Positions 20,571 through 30,705 of a stretch of 64,000 nucleotides of DNA are shown in pieces. This DNA comes from a virus. Location: the IMG/VR virus record IMGVR_UViG_3300042881_006586. One strand, written 5' to 3'. Under the pieces are notes generated by a model. That model was given only the letters and a program-made list of their open reading frames with translations. It was not told the origin of the DNA and did no database searches. The position numbers and the translations under genes are program-made. The stretch's first letter is position 1, and every line of letters starts with the position of its first letter.

Positions 20571-20602
20571 TTGCAACTTAATAAAAAAAATCATTACCTT
20601 TG
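20571..20602 (+). promoter_or_regulatory. Bacteroidota housekeeping-type promoter (TTG-N21-TACCTTTG)
   Basis: Matches the -33 TTTG / -7 TAnnTTTG consensus, upstream of the SSB-like gene. Confidence 0.7.
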
Positions 20603-20653
20603 TGATGATTATACTACTTAACAATTATAAACAACTTAAATTTTTTACAACTT

Positions 20654-21766
20654 ATGGCTTTAGGAAATCCAAATGCTACAAAAGGTAGCAAAAAAAATGA
20701 ATCCCCTTTCAAAGGGTTTGAAAACTACAATGTTCAAGTTTATACAAAGAACGGAGATAACTTTTTCAAAGTTGAACGCAGTTTCATCATGAATGCGCCA
20801 ACCGAAGATTACTTTGAAAATGAAGAAGATTTTCTCCGTGCAGAAGCTGAACATAAAAAGTTGATGAATAAGTACAATAAGCACCTATCTAAATGGCTCG
20901 AAAATCCTACAGATAGAGAGAATGCTTACTACTTAAAACAGCACGAAAGAAACATGAGAATTTTATCTGAAAACGATGGTAAAGTTGCTTATGGCACATT
21001 TCCTGCTGATGCCCCCACAGTTTCAAGTTTAGATGGTGTTATTTATAACATGTCACAAAAACTTGACATCATTGTTTCAACTAATCAAAAAACTGAAAAG
21101 TTGTATTTTGATATGGTTGATTTCAATAACAAACAAATCTATAGAATCAACTCATCTTTCTCAACTGCAACTCGCAATTGGCTTGATTGTATTATGAGAC
21201 TTGATTCTTTAAAAACTCCAATTCAATTGAAATTTGAAACAGAAATGAAACCTGAAACAAATTTCAAAGAACCAAAAATGAAAGATGGTAAACCTATTAT
21301 CTCTGCAGTAATGATGAGTGAATTTAGGGATGGTTACTATCGTAAAAAAGTAAAACCTTTATACTACAACTACGATAAAGACCGCAACCACCTTTGCGAA
21401 GAGGGTGATGCAAAAGAATACAATGATGCACTTCAATTTGCAATCAAAAAAGGTTTCAATGGAGATATCATTCAGTTTTTTGTAGAAAAGGCTAATAATC
21501 TTATAATTCCAAGTCTTCAAAAGGAAATGAAATCTTTCTTTAGAGAAATGGGATTCGAAGTTGAATATCTGAAAAATGATAAAATTGGATTGTTTGTTCC
21601 AAATTTCAAAAAAGAAGGTTCTGATGATTCTGATGAAGATTTTGAAGATTTCACTCCAACAAAAAATGAAGTATTGGAAACTCCAAAGGATACTGTAGTT
21701 GAAAAAGGAGTTAAGAAATCCAAAAAAGCTTCCTCTTCTGCAGATGATGAAGACCTACCGTTTTAA
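20654..21766 (+). CDS. Putative single-stranded DNA-binding protein
   Basis: Acidic disordered tail ending DDEDLPF, like bacterial SSB C-termini. Heads the replication cluster. Core fold not recognised. Confidence 0.5.
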   Translation: MALGNPNATKGSKKNESPFKGFENYNVQVYTKNGDNFFKVERSFIMNAPTEDYFENEEDFLRAEAEHKKLMNKYNKHLSKWLENPTDRENAYYLKQHERNMRILSENDGKVAYGTFPADAPTVSSLDGVIYNMSQKLDIIVSTNQKTEKLYFDMVDFNNKQIYRINSSFSTATRNWLDCIMRLDSLKTPIQLKFETEMKPETNFKEPKMKDGKPIISAVMMSEFRDGYYRKKVKPLYYNYDKDRNHLCEEGDAKEYNDALQFAIKKGFNGDIIQFFVEKANNLIIPSLQKEMKSFFREMGFEVEYLKNDKIGLFVPNFKKEGSDDSDEDFEDFTPTKNEVLETPKDTVVEKGVKKSKKASSSADDEDLPF

Positions 21767-21789
21767 TTCATGAATTTTTAACTAACCAC

Positions 21790-21817
21790 GCTCACCTCAT
21801 CTTCGAGGTGAGCTTTT
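21790..21817 (+). terminator. Intrinsic terminator
   Basis: GCTCACCTC-ATCTTC-GAGGTGAGC followed by TTTT. Confidence 0.8.
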
Positions 21818-21831
21818 AAATTTTTCTTATT

Positions 21832-22338
21832 ATGTCATTATATGAAATAAATAATCAACTCCTAAGAGGAAAAAGTCTTGCTGATGGAGATTTTAGTAAC
21901 AAAGTACTCGAAACTTTAATAAACATTTTTGAAGAAGCTGCAAACTATAATGATAAAGTTATGCACAATTCAGATTCTGATTTAGATTATATTTCTGCAG
22001 ACGAAATGGGTGTCGCTGCTTATATCACAACCGTAGGAATGGCAAAATCAATTGCAAAATCTGTTCTTGAGAACAAACTTTCAGTTGCAGATGAAAATTG
22101 GAGAAAGAATAATTTGAGCGATTATAAACAATCTTCAAAATCTTCAACCATTCATATGAATAACTTGAGAGGTTTAACTGAAATTATGCCCTTCAATCAA
22201 ATAAATGAGCTTCTCACGACACTTTATTACGATTTGAACACTAAGTTCAAGGCATTGCAATCTATTGCCTCAAATCGAAAATTTGAAATCGAAAAAGGTT
22301 TGGTAGAATATACTATTAGAAAAAGAATTACTAAATAG
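21832..22338 (+). CDS. Hypothetical helical protein
   Basis: 168 aa ORF in the replication cluster; no diagnostic motif. Confidence 0.6.
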   Translation: MSLYEINNQLLRGKSLADGDFSNKVLETLINIFEEAANYNDKVMHNSDSDLDYISADEMGVAAYITTVGMAKSIAKSVLENKLSVADENWRKNNLSDYKQSSKSSTIHMNNLRGLTEIMPFNQINELLTTLYYDLNTKFKALQSIASNRKFEIEKGLVEYTIRKRITK

Positions 22339-22343
22339 TATTA

Positions 22344-22359
22344 TGTTCCACGTGGAACA
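22344..22359. promoter_or_regulatory. parS-type 16 bp palindrome TGTTCCACGTGGAACA
   Basis: Perfect intergenic palindrome matching the bacterial chromosomal parS family (TGTTNCACGTGAAACA-like). Confidence 0.8.
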
Positions 22360-22389
22360 ATTATTCAATAACTATTAAAAATAAAAATT

Positions 22390-22635
22390 ATGTTAGCAGA
22401 AATATTAGAAAAATATCCTGATGAAGAATTCCTTTCTGCTGATGGGTTTAATAATGCCATATTAGGTGTAGAAGAAAAATCTATGAGGCTTATTTACTCT
22501 ATAGCCAAATGTATAGAAATTCTAATGGAAGATATGTCAGAAGAAGAGGCTTTTGAATATTTTGATTACAATGTTAGTGGAGCTTACATGGGAGAAAAAA
22601 CTCCAATTTGGTGCGATGACATTTTAAACTTCTAA
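22390..22635 (+). CDS. Conserved-type small phage protein of unknown function
   Basis: ADGF..AI.GV...RLIYS..KCIEIL...EEA.EYF.YNV.GAYMGEKTP pattern. Confidence 0.7.
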   Translation: MLAEILEKYPDEEFLSADGFNNAILGVEEKSMRLIYSIAKCIEILMEDMSEEEAFEYFDYNVSGAYMGEKTPIWCDDILNF

Positions 22636-22636
22636 T

Positions 22637-23686
22637 ATGAAAACTTTATTGGTCGATGGTAATTCTTTATTAAAAAATTCATTTGAAGCAACGATTTCTA
22701 CTGAAGAATATAAAAAGAATTTCAATGGAATCTATTTGTTTCTTTTGAAATTGAGGATTATTCTTGATTCAGATTCATACTCTCATTTAAAAATAGTTTT
22801 TGATGGAGAAAAAAGTGGTTCTTTGAGAAGGGAAGTTTATCCTGAGTATAAATTAAAAAGACATACAAAGGAAAAAACTGAATTTGAAAAAGAAAAATCT
22901 TTTAAATTTAATTATCAAAAAACTGCTTTAAAAGAATATCTATCATATTTCTGCAATGTTTATGAAGATAAATGTGTTGAAGCTGATGATATCATAGCCG
23001 AATATATTAGAAGAAAATCTTCAAATGAAAGAGTTACAATAGTAACAGGTGATTTTGACATATTAAGCCAAATCTCTTCAATGGTTGACATCTATTACTT
23101 AAACAAGTCTTTTAAATATAAAACAAGAGTAGTTGAAAGATATGAAAAAGAAGGGATAAGAAAAAATTTGATAATAGACCATAAAAATTTCAAAAAAATA
23201 TTTGGATTTCCTTATGAAAATATTATATTAATAAAAACAATCTGTGGTGACAATTCAGATGAGATAAAAAATGTAAAAGGTGTAAAAGAAACAAGTTTAT
23301 TTAATTGCTTCCCTGACATTCAAAAGAAGCCTCTTAAAATAGAAGATATTTTAGAACAATGTAAGATTATTAACGAATCAGATACAACAGTTCTAAAGAA
23401 AATAAAACAAAATATTTTAGAAGGAATTACTGATGGATTACAAGGGAAAGATATATTGAAAATAAACAGTAGAATTGTAGACCTCTCAAATGAAGAATTT
23501 ATCACAGAAGAATGTATTAATAATTTGAATGAAATTGGTTTTTTCTCTAAAGAAAAGTTTGTTCCTAAAGATTCAACTTTGATGGTAGAAAAAATGAAAG
23601 AAAGCGGATTATTAGATTTTATTAATTACAAGTCAAAAAATATCAAATATTTTTTTAAACCCTTTTTAAAAACATTTAATAAATGA
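22637..23686 (+). CDS. 5'-3' exonuclease / flap endonuclease (T4 RNase H-like)
   Basis: TLLVDGN, VFDG, R...YPEYK, EADD, TGDFD, GDNSD...VKGV. Confidence 0.9.
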   Translation: MKTLLVDGNSLLKNSFEATISTEEYKKNFNGIYLFLLKLRIILDSDSYSHLKIVFDGEKSGSLRREVYPEYKLKRHTKEKTEFEKEKSFKFNYQKTALKEYLSYFCNVYEDKCVEADDIIAEYIRRKSSNERVTIVTGDFDILSQISSMVDIYYLNKSFKYKTRVVERYEKEGIRKNLIIDHKNFKKIFGFPYENIILIKTICGDNSDEIKNVKGVKETSLFNCFPDIQKKPLKIEDILEQCKIINESDTTVLKKIKQNILEGITDGLQGKDILKINSRIVDLSNEEFITEECINNLNEIGFFSKEKFVPKDSTLMVEKMKESGLLDFINYKSKNIKYFFKPFLKTFNK

Positions 23687-24801
23687 GAGATTACTCAAGA
23701 AAACCGAATCGTTTTACTTTTAAATTACTTTATAATAACGAGGTAGTAACTGCAACAGATAATTATGGAAATATCAGACCTGCAGAAAGACATTTTGATT
23801 CTCCTTTTTTCGAACCTTATAATCTAAATCCTTTCTTGGATAAGAAAATTTCTTTAAGAGATGGTGAAACTGCAATGGATTATTTGAAATATACAAAACT
23901 GTTTGAAAATTCATGGGAATCAGTTGAACTCGGAGAAGCTGTTTCTGATATCTTCAGATTGATTTTGAGACATGGTACAGAGCAATATCTTTATGATATG
24001 CAACGTAATGAAAAATCGATTATAATGGGGCAAATTATGGCTGTCAAAGATGCTTCCAAAAAGATAAAAGTTGAAAGCGATGCAACTCAGGATTATGAAG
24101 CTTATAAAAGTGAAATTGATAAGTGGGCTAATAGTAAGAAAAATACTTACACTTTTGTAGTTATCGACAAGAAATCCCCTATCAGAAATCAAAAAGGCTA
24201 TTTCTATGATTTGAAAGAACTTGCCAATTCTGTAGATGTACTACATGAAAAAATGAAATTTGGTAAACTAACTGAAGAGGAAGAAATCACACTTTCAAAT
24301 AATGAAGCAAAATTAGCTGCTCATTATATAGAAAAAGAAATTTTCAGATATTCAATCAGTGCAGATGATTTTTCTTACAATGGAAAAGATTTCACTCCTC
24401 CGATTGCAATTATTTGGAAGGATTTCAATATTAAATTTCAATCCTCTTATGAAGATGGAAAAGGTTCTTTGGAATACCGTGATATTGGCGAATTCTCAAA
24501 GATTAGCGAACAGCACACAAACATGAAATTCAGAATTGAAACGCTGAAAAAATATATAAGTGAAATTGAAGATTCAGGAGATAATATCAAAATTGCTTCT
24601 ATTGAAAAAGATGTTAGAAGATTGGAATCTGAAATGTTCAAATTGGAAAAAATCTATTTCAAAGGAATCAGAACTCTTGTCAAAGAATATTTGAATATGG
24701 ATGATTATGAAAATCGTTTTTTAAATATTCGTGAAAAAAATTGTAACTATTTTGTCAATAGTTCTGAAAGAGAAATAAGTAGAGAAGCCATGTTATTGTA
24801 A
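23683..24801 (+). CDS. Hypothetical protein
   Basis: 372 aa ORF with 4 nt overlap to the exonuclease gene. Confidence 0.65.
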   Translation: MRDYSRKPNRFTFKLLYNNEVVTATDNYGNIRPAERHFDSPFFEPYNLNPFLDKKISLRDGETAMDYLKYTKLFENSWESVELGEAVSDIFRLILRHGTEQYLYDMQRNEKSIIMGQIMAVKDASKKIKVESDATQDYEAYKSEIDKWANSKKNTYTFVVIDKKSPIRNQKGYFYDLKELANSVDVLHEKMKFGKLTEEEEITLSNNEAKLAAHYIEKEIFRYSISADDFSYNGKDFTPPIAIIWKDFNIKFQSSYEDGKGSLEYRDIGEFSKISEQHTNMKFRIETLKKYISEIEDSGDNIKIASIEKDVRRLESEMFKLEKIYFKGIRTLVKEYLNMDDYENRFLNIREKNCNYFVNSSEREISREAMLL

Positions 24802-24831
24802 TTTTTTTTAATTGTATTTTATATTTTCTTG

Positions 24832-24863
24832 AAAATGCACTCATCAAAAGGGTGCATTTTTTT
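24832..24863 (+). terminator. Intrinsic terminator
   Basis: AAAATGCACT...GGTGCATTTT followed by a T run. Confidence 0.65.
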
Positions 24864-24881
24864 ATCTTTTTTTGTGAAAAA

Positions 24882-24913
24882 TTTGGTTTTCTGATATGTA
24901 TTTCATATGTTTG
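24882..24913 (+). promoter_or_regulatory. Bacteroidota-type promoter TTTG-N20-TATGTTTG
   Basis: Exact consensus boxes and spacing, 23 nt before the dnaB ATG. Confidence 0.75.
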
Positions 24914-24936
24914 TAGCACAATCTTAAAAAGACTCT

Positions 24937-27402
24937 ATGAAAAGTTTTGAAGACAAATCTCTTGCTTATTTTGGTAAAGATTATGAACTTAAAGTTCTAA
25001 AGAATCTTATAGGTACTTATGAACAAAAAGGGAATGGTGTTTTAAGAGATGATTCTTTCGGAAGAAAGATGATAAATAAAATGACTGCTGAACATTTCAC
25101 AAATGATTTGGCAAGAAGAATTTTTGTCTTTTTGAAAAACTATTATGCTTCTAAGAATAAAATACCTTTCTATGATACCATATCTTCTTTTGTAAGAGCT
25201 AAAGTGGAAAATGAATATGAACAAGAAATGATTTTTCAATACCTTTTAGACATTGAAAAAGTTTCTATGGAAGATTCCGAATGGGTTCAAGAGAATACTA
25301 TCAGTTTCATAAATACAAAGAATCTTATTTCCTCTTGGAATAAATGTCTTGAAAATTATATCAACAAAGGAAAATATGACAAGTATTCTGAGATATCAGA
25401 AATAATGACAGAAGCTATCGTTCAAATGAACGATGAAGCTCCTTTGGAGGCATTTGTTGCAGGTGACTATAGACACTTAGAAGAAGGAGAAAGACATCCT
25501 ATTCCTACAGGAATTGAAGCACTTGATATTGATATGAATGGTGGGTTAGCCTATGGAGAATTTGCTTTGGTTATTGCTCCTTCGGGAATTGGTAAAGCTC
25601 AACCTTCTTTTTCAAAAGTTTATACTCCTGATGGGTATAAATTAATGAAAGACATAAAAGTTGGAGATAAAGTTTTTGGTTCTGATGGTAAACCTCAAAC
25701 AGTATTAGGTGTTTTTCCTCAAGGTCAAAAAGAATACTATAAAGTCACAATGAATGATAATTCTTTCACATATTGTTGTAAAGAACATTTATGGACTGTT
25801 TATAAAGAAAATAAAAAGTTTACTTTACCATTAGAAAAAATAATGAATGATTTAAAGTATAATGGTAAAAGAAAGGCATTAAAAAATAGAATACCTATAA
25901 CTCCTGCAGTTGAATATGGTAAAAAAGATAATTATATTCATTCATATGTATTAGGAGTTTTATTAGGGGATGGTTGTTTATATGAAAATGGCAGTATAAC
26001 TCTTTCTTGTAATGAAGATGAAGTTATAAAAGAATTTTCTTCAAAATTAAATAAAGGATGTTCTTTAAATTATAAAGATAGATATGATTATAGAGTCATT
26101 TGTATAAAAGGATATGCAAATCCTATAAAAACTTGTTTAAGAGAATTAGGTTTATTAGGTAAAAAATCTGATACTAAATTTATACCTGATAGTTATATGT
26201 TTACTTCTATTGAAGATAGGTTAGAATTATTAAGAGGATTAATAGATTCTGATGGATATGTTGGAAAAGGTGGGTGTATTCAATATTCTTCAGTTTCAAT
26301 AAACCTTATAAATAATATAAGAGATTTAATTAAATCGTTAGGTGGACATTGTGGTAAAATAAGAGCAAGAAATAAAAAATATACTTATAAAGGTCAAAAA
26401 AAAGATGGCAAAATTTCTTATAATATTGCGTTTACCTTTAATGATGATATAAAATTATCTTATATTCAAAGAAAACAAGAAAGAATTAAACCAAGAAATT
26501 TATATAGTAAAAGTAAATATATTAAAGAAGTATCTTTAGAAGGTGTAGAAGAGTGTTATTGTATAAAAGTTTCCAATGAAGATAGTCTTTATGTTACAGA
26601 TGATTTCATTTTAACTCATAATACCACGTTTGCCACACATACTGCAAATAACGGTGCAAAATTTGGCTATAATGTTCTTCAGATATTCTTTGAAGATACT
26701 GTTGAACAAATCAAAATGAAGCATATTTCCAAGTTAATTGGAAAACCTATCAATTTTTCTTCTAACAAAAAGAACAGAAAAACTGTTATGAAAGAAACAG
26801 ATTCTAAGTTAGAGAAAATAAGAAATAGCGGAGGGTGTTTAGTACCATTATCAATGGATTCAACAGAAACAACTGTAGAAGACATTAAAAAGGTATATAA
26901 GAGAGCAATGGAACAAGGGGTTTATTTCCCTGATACAGGCGAATTGAAAAAGATAAAATTTGACTTAGTTCTTATTGACTATATAGATTGTATTAAATCT
27001 AAAAGGCATTATGAAAAACAATGGGAAGGTCAAACTGAAATTGCAAGGGATTTAGAAAAACTTTGCGGAAAAGAAGAATTGAATTTTGCATGTTGGGTCT
27101 TCACTCAAGGAACAAAAGGTTCTTTGAATACAAAAATAGTTACAGGTGAACAAATGGGCGGTGACTTTGGAAAGTATAAAGTAGCACATTTTGTTATGTC
27201 TTTTGCAAGAGATTTGGAACAACAATCACAAAATAAAGCAAATGTTACAATTCTAAAAAATCGTATGGGAAGAGCAGGAATTCTATATGAAGATTGTATA
27301 TTTGATAATGGTAATATGTTAATAGAATTTAACAAAGAAGAATTTTTGACTGAAAAAACTGTAAATGATACGCTTGTATCTTATTCAAATTCTTATGAAT
27401 AG
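24937..27402 (+). CDS. dnaB: Replicative DNA helicase (DnaB/gp41-like) containing an intein
   Basis: IPTGIEALD...GGL, P-loop APSGIGK|TT interrupted by an intein, FFED, LIDYID, TQG, KNRMG. Confidence 0.92.
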   Translation: MKSFEDKSLAYFGKDYELKVLKNLIGTYEQKGNGVLRDDSFGRKMINKMTAEHFTNDLARRIFVFLKNYYASKNKIPFYDTISSFVRAKVENEYEQEMIFQYLLDIEKVSMEDSEWVQENTISFINTKNLISSWNKCLENYINKGKYDKYSEISEIMTEAIVQMNDEAPLEAFVAGDYRHLEEGERHPIPTGIEALDIDMNGGLAYGEFALVIAPSGIGKAQPSFSKVYTPDGYKLMKDIKVGDKVFGSDGKPQTVLGVFPQGQKEYYKVTMNDNSFTYCCKEHLWTVYKENKKFTLPLEKIMNDLKYNGKRKALKNRIPITPAVEYGKKDNYIHSYVLGVLLGDGCLYENGSITLSCNEDEVIKEFSSKLNKGCSLNYKDRYDYRVICIKGYANPIKTCLRELGLLGKKSDTKFIPDSYMFTSIEDRLELLRGLIDSDGYVGKGGCIQYSSVSINLINNIRDLIKSLGGHCGKIRARNKKYTYKGQKKDGKISYNIAFTFNDDIKLSYIQRKQERIKPRNLYSKSKYIKEVSLEGVEECYCIKVSNEDSLYVTDDFILTHNTTFATHTANNGAKFGYNVLQIFFEDTVEQIKMKHISKLIGKPINFSSNKKNRKTVMKETDSKLEKIRNSGGCLVPLSMDSTETTVEDIKKVYKRAMEQGVYFPDTGELKKIKFDLVLIDYIDCIKSKRHYEKQWEGQTEIARDLEKLCGKEELNFACWVFTQGTKGSLNTKIVTGEQMGGDFGKYKVAHFVMSFARDLEQQSQNKANVTILKNRMGRAGILYEDCIFDNGNMLIEFNKEEFLTEKTVNDTLVSYSNSYE
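25597..26622 (+). mobile_element. Class 3 intein (342 aa) with LAGLIDADG homing endonuclease in the DnaB P-loop
   Basis: Starts with Ala (AQP). Block B EHLW, block F CYCIKV, block G LTHN, Thr+1 give the W-C-T signature. LGVLLGDG and LRGLIDSDG are LAGLIDADG motifs. Confidence 0.9.
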
Positions 27403-27475
27403 TTAAATAATTTTTTTATCCCCTTTTTTGAAAATTCTTTCTATATTTATAAAAACACAATTCAAAATTTAACCG

Positions 27476-27506
27476 AAGATTTCCATTTCCCTATGGAAAT
27501 CTTTTT
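27476..27506 (+). terminator. Terminator-like hairpin in the nrdB leader
   Basis: AAGATTTCCAT-TTCCCT-ATGGAAATCTT followed by TTT. Confidence 0.55.
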
Positions 27507-27522
27507 AATCTAAATTAATAAC

Positions 27523-28473
27523 ATGGAAGAGAAAATTTTAACAGAAAGCAAAAACCGATTTGTATTATTTCCTATTGTACACCAAGACATTTGGAATTTT
27601 AGAGAACTTCATTTGAATGCATTTTGGACAACAAAAGAATTAGATTTGACTAATGATATCCGTGATTGGGAGAAACTGTCTGAAAACGAAAAATTCTTCA
27701 TAAAAAATGTATTATCATTCTTCGCAGCAAGTGATGGAATTGTAAATGAAAACTTAGCATTGAATTTTTATAATGAAGTTCAATATTCTGAAGCAAGGTC
27801 TTTCTATTCAATGCAAATTGCAATGGAAGATATACACTCTGAAACATATAGCTTACTTATTGATACCTATATCAAAAATTCAGAAGAAAAAGATGATTGC
27901 TTCAATGCGATTGAAAGATTACCTGCTGTTGAAAAGAAAGCTAAATGGGCTTTAGATTGGATTCAAAATGCCTCTTTCCAAGAAAGATTGATTGCTTTTG
28001 CTGCAGTTGAAGGGATATTTTTCTCAGGTTCTTTCTGTTCAATCTTTTGGTTGAAATCAAGAGGATTGATGTCAGGACTTTCTTTAGCTAATTCATTGAT
28101 TTTCAAAGATGAAAATCTTCACTGTGATTTCGCTATTCATCTTTTGAATAATCACATCGAAAACAAGCCAAGTGAGAAAAGAATCAAAGAAATCTTATTA
28201 TCTGCTTTAGAAATAGAAAAAGAATTCATTACAGAATCATTACCTGTTTCTTTGATTGGAATGAATTGCAATCTTATGAAACAATATTTAGAGTTTGTTG
28301 TAGATGGATTGTTGGTTAAACTTGGATGTAAAAAACATTTTAACGTAGAACAGCCATTCAAATTTATGGAACAGATTGCAGTAGAAACTAAAGGTAATTT
28401 CTTTGAATCAAGAACTACAGAGTATCAAAAAGCAAAATTGAACGAATCATTAACATTTACTGAAGACTTTTAA
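27523..28473 (+). CDS. nrdB: Ribonucleotide reductase class Ia small subunit
   Basis: RFVLFPI, FW, FFAASDGIVNEN, EDIHSETY, VEGIFFSGSF, DENLH, NFFE.R..EY. Confidence 0.97.
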   Translation: MEEKILTESKNRFVLFPIVHQDIWNFRELHLNAFWTTKELDLTNDIRDWEKLSENEKFFIKNVLSFFAASDGIVNENLALNFYNEVQYSEARSFYSMQIAMEDIHSETYSLLIDTYIKNSEEKDDCFNAIERLPAVEKKAKWALDWIQNASFQERLIAFAAVEGIFFSGSFCSIFWLKSRGLMSGLSLANSLIFKDENLHCDFAIHLLNNHIENKPSEKRIKEILLSALEIEKEFITESLPVSLIGMNCNLMKQYLEFVVDGLLVKLGCKKHFNVEQPFKFMEQIAVETKGNFFESRTTEYQKAKLNESLTFTEDF

Positions 28474-28483
28474 ATAAAAACTT

Positions 28484-30649
28484 ATGTCATTAAAAATTCA
28501 AAAAAGAAACGGAGAAATCACAGCCTTTAATCCAACTAAAATCCACAATAGGATTAAGAAGGCTGCAAAAGGATTAAGTGTTAATTCTGATGAGATTTTT
28601 ATTAAAGTAATTACTTCAGTTCCTACAGAAGGTGTAATTACTTCTAAACAAATTGATAATTTGATAGCAGAAATTGCTGCATCTTATACAGGAAGTCATT
28701 ATGACTACTCAAGATTGGCTGCAGTAGTTTCAATTTCTTCTTATCACAAAGAAACAAAAGAAAGTTTCTGTGATACTATGGAAGACTTAAATAAAACAGG
28801 TGTTATTAATGATGATATGATAAATATTATCAAACGTTATGGTAAAGAAAATATTGATAATGCAATCAATAGTAATAACGATTACAACTTTGACTTTTTT
28901 GCTTGGAGGTCTTTGTTTGAAATGTATCTTCTAAAGATGCCTGATGGCACTACAGTAGAAAGACCTCAGCATATGTACATGAGAGTTGCCTTATGGATTA
29001 CAAATTCCTTTGAAGAGGCTATTGAGTACTATAAATCATTATCGGTTCAATTGATTTCACCTGCAACTCCTATTATGATTAATTCAGGAACAAAAATTCC
29101 TCAATTAGCATCATGTGTTCTTCATTTTAATGATGGGGATTCAAGAGAAGGTTTATTGGATACAATGAGAGATATTTCAACTTATTCTGCGGATGCTGCA
29201 GGTATTGGTCTTTGTATGTCAAATATTAGAAGCAAAGAAAGTAGATTGAGTTCTTCAGGAGGATTTGCAGGAGGGTTGTTAAAATATCTTAAAATTGTTA
29301 ATGAATCGTTGAGATTTTTTAATCAACAGGGAAGGAGGCCAGGCTCGGCTGCAATCTACATCGAACCTTGGCACAAAGATATCTTTGACCTCTTGAACAT
29401 CAAAAAGAATACAGGTGCAGAAGAACTCAGAGCAAGAGACCTTTTCACTGCCATTTGGATTCCTGATAATTTCATGAGAGCTGTAAAAGAAGACTCTGAT
29501 TGGTATCTATTTTGTCCTAATGATGTTGTTAAAGCAGGTATCAAACCTCTTCAAGATTGTTATGGTTTGGAATATGAAGCCAATTATCAAAAGGCAATTG
29601 AATTAGGTCTTGGGAAACAAGTGAAAGCTCAAGAGGTTTGGAATAAAATCATTGAATCCCAAATCGAAACAGGTGTTCCTTATCTTTTATCAAAGGATAA
29701 TGTAAACAAGAAAAGTAATCAAAAAAATATTGGAACTATCAGACAATCAAACCTTTGTGCAGAAATTGTGCAATATAGTGACGAATCTAACTTTACTGCA
29801 ATATGCAGTCTTTCATCAATGATTTTGAAAAACTTCATTATGGATGGAAAATTCAATTTTGAATTATTGCATTCTGAAGTGAGAAAGGTAATTAGAGCTA
29901 TTAATAAGGTTATTGATATCAATAATTATTCTACAAAAAAAGGTGAAAGAGGTGGATTGAGTCAAAGAGCTATTGCAATAGGAACTCAAGGTTTGGCAGA
30001 TGTATTTTATCTAATGGACTATGAGTTTACTTCAAATGAAGCAAAGACTTTGAATAAGGAAATATTTGAAACAATTTATCATGCTGCTATCACTGAAAGT
30101 ATGGAACTTTGTAAGAATAATATTTATAAGCCTTATGAATATTTTGAAGGTTCTCCAATATCAAAAGGTATATTCCAATGGGATATGTGGGAGTTAAATG
30201 AATCAGATTTATCAGGGAAATGGGATTGGAATTCTTTAAGAAATGATGTTGTTACTTATGGAGTTTGCAATTCTTTGACTACTGCACAAATGCCTGTAGC
30301 TTGTCAAACTTCTGATACCAAAATCATAACTGAAAATGGAATTATGTCTTTCAGAGAAATTTGTGAAATGAATGATATAGATGTAGATTCTATTGAAAGT
30401 AATAAAGAAGGTGGAATTTGGTTTGATTTCAAAAATCCTATTAATGTTAAAACTATTGATGGATATTCTGCTTCAAATAAAATTTACTATAATGGTCATG
30501 CAGAAATTTTTGACATTGAAATGGAAGATGGTACACATTTCAAATGTAGCTCTGAACATAAATTTTTAGTGAATCGTGATGGTGAAAAAGTTTGGGTGAA
30601 AGTGAAAGATTTATTAGAAAATGATGACATTATAAACATTAATGAATAA
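28484..30649 (+). CDS. nrdA: Ribonucleotide reductase large subunit, N-terminal part (606 aa) fused to split-intein N half
   Basis: ATP cone (KRNG...F...KI..RI), ERPQ, PATP, QLASC, GRRPGS, SNLCAEI; ends MPVA|CQTSDT...EHKF. Confidence 0.95.
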   Translation: MSLKIQKRNGEITAFNPTKIHNRIKKAAKGLSVNSDEIFIKVITSVPTEGVITSKQIDNLIAEIAASYTGSHYDYSRLAAVVSISSYHKETKESFCDTMEDLNKTGVINDDMINIIKRYGKENIDNAINSNNDYNFDFFAWRSLFEMYLLKMPDGTTVERPQHMYMRVALWITNSFEEAIEYYKSLSVQLISPATPIMINSGTKIPQLASCVLHFNDGDSREGLLDTMRDISTYSADAAGIGLCMSNIRSKESRLSSSGGFAGGLLKYLKIVNESLRFFNQQGRRPGSAAIYIEPWHKDIFDLLNIKKNTGAEELRARDLFTAIWIPDNFMRAVKEDSDWYLFCPNDVVKAGIKPLQDCYGLEYEANYQKAIELGLGKQVKAQEVWNKIIESQIETGVPYLLSKDNVNKKSNQKNIGTIRQSNLCAEIVQYSDESNFTAICSLSSMILKNFIMDGKFNFELLHSEVRKVIRAINKVIDINNYSTKKGERGGLSQRAIAIGTQGLADVFYLMDYEFTSNEAKTLNKEIFETIYHAAITESMELCKNNIYKPYEYFEGSPISKGIFQWDMWELNESDLSGKWDWNSLRNDVVTYGVCNSLTTAQMPVACQTSDTKIITENGIMSFREICEMNDIDVDSIESNKEGGIWFDFKNPINVKTIDGYSASNKIYYNGHAEIFDIEMEDGTHFKCSSEHKFLVNRDGEKVWVKVKDLLENDDIININE
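30302..30646 (+). mobile_element. Split intein N-fragment (115 aa)
   Basis: Cys1 block A (CQTSDTKIIT), block B (KCSSEHKFLV), WVKVKDL..NDDI, then stop. Confidence 0.9.
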
Positions 30650-30705
30650 GGTCTGCCATTTGCGTGTTATATTTTTTTAAATGAGAATATTTATATATAA
30701 AAAGT

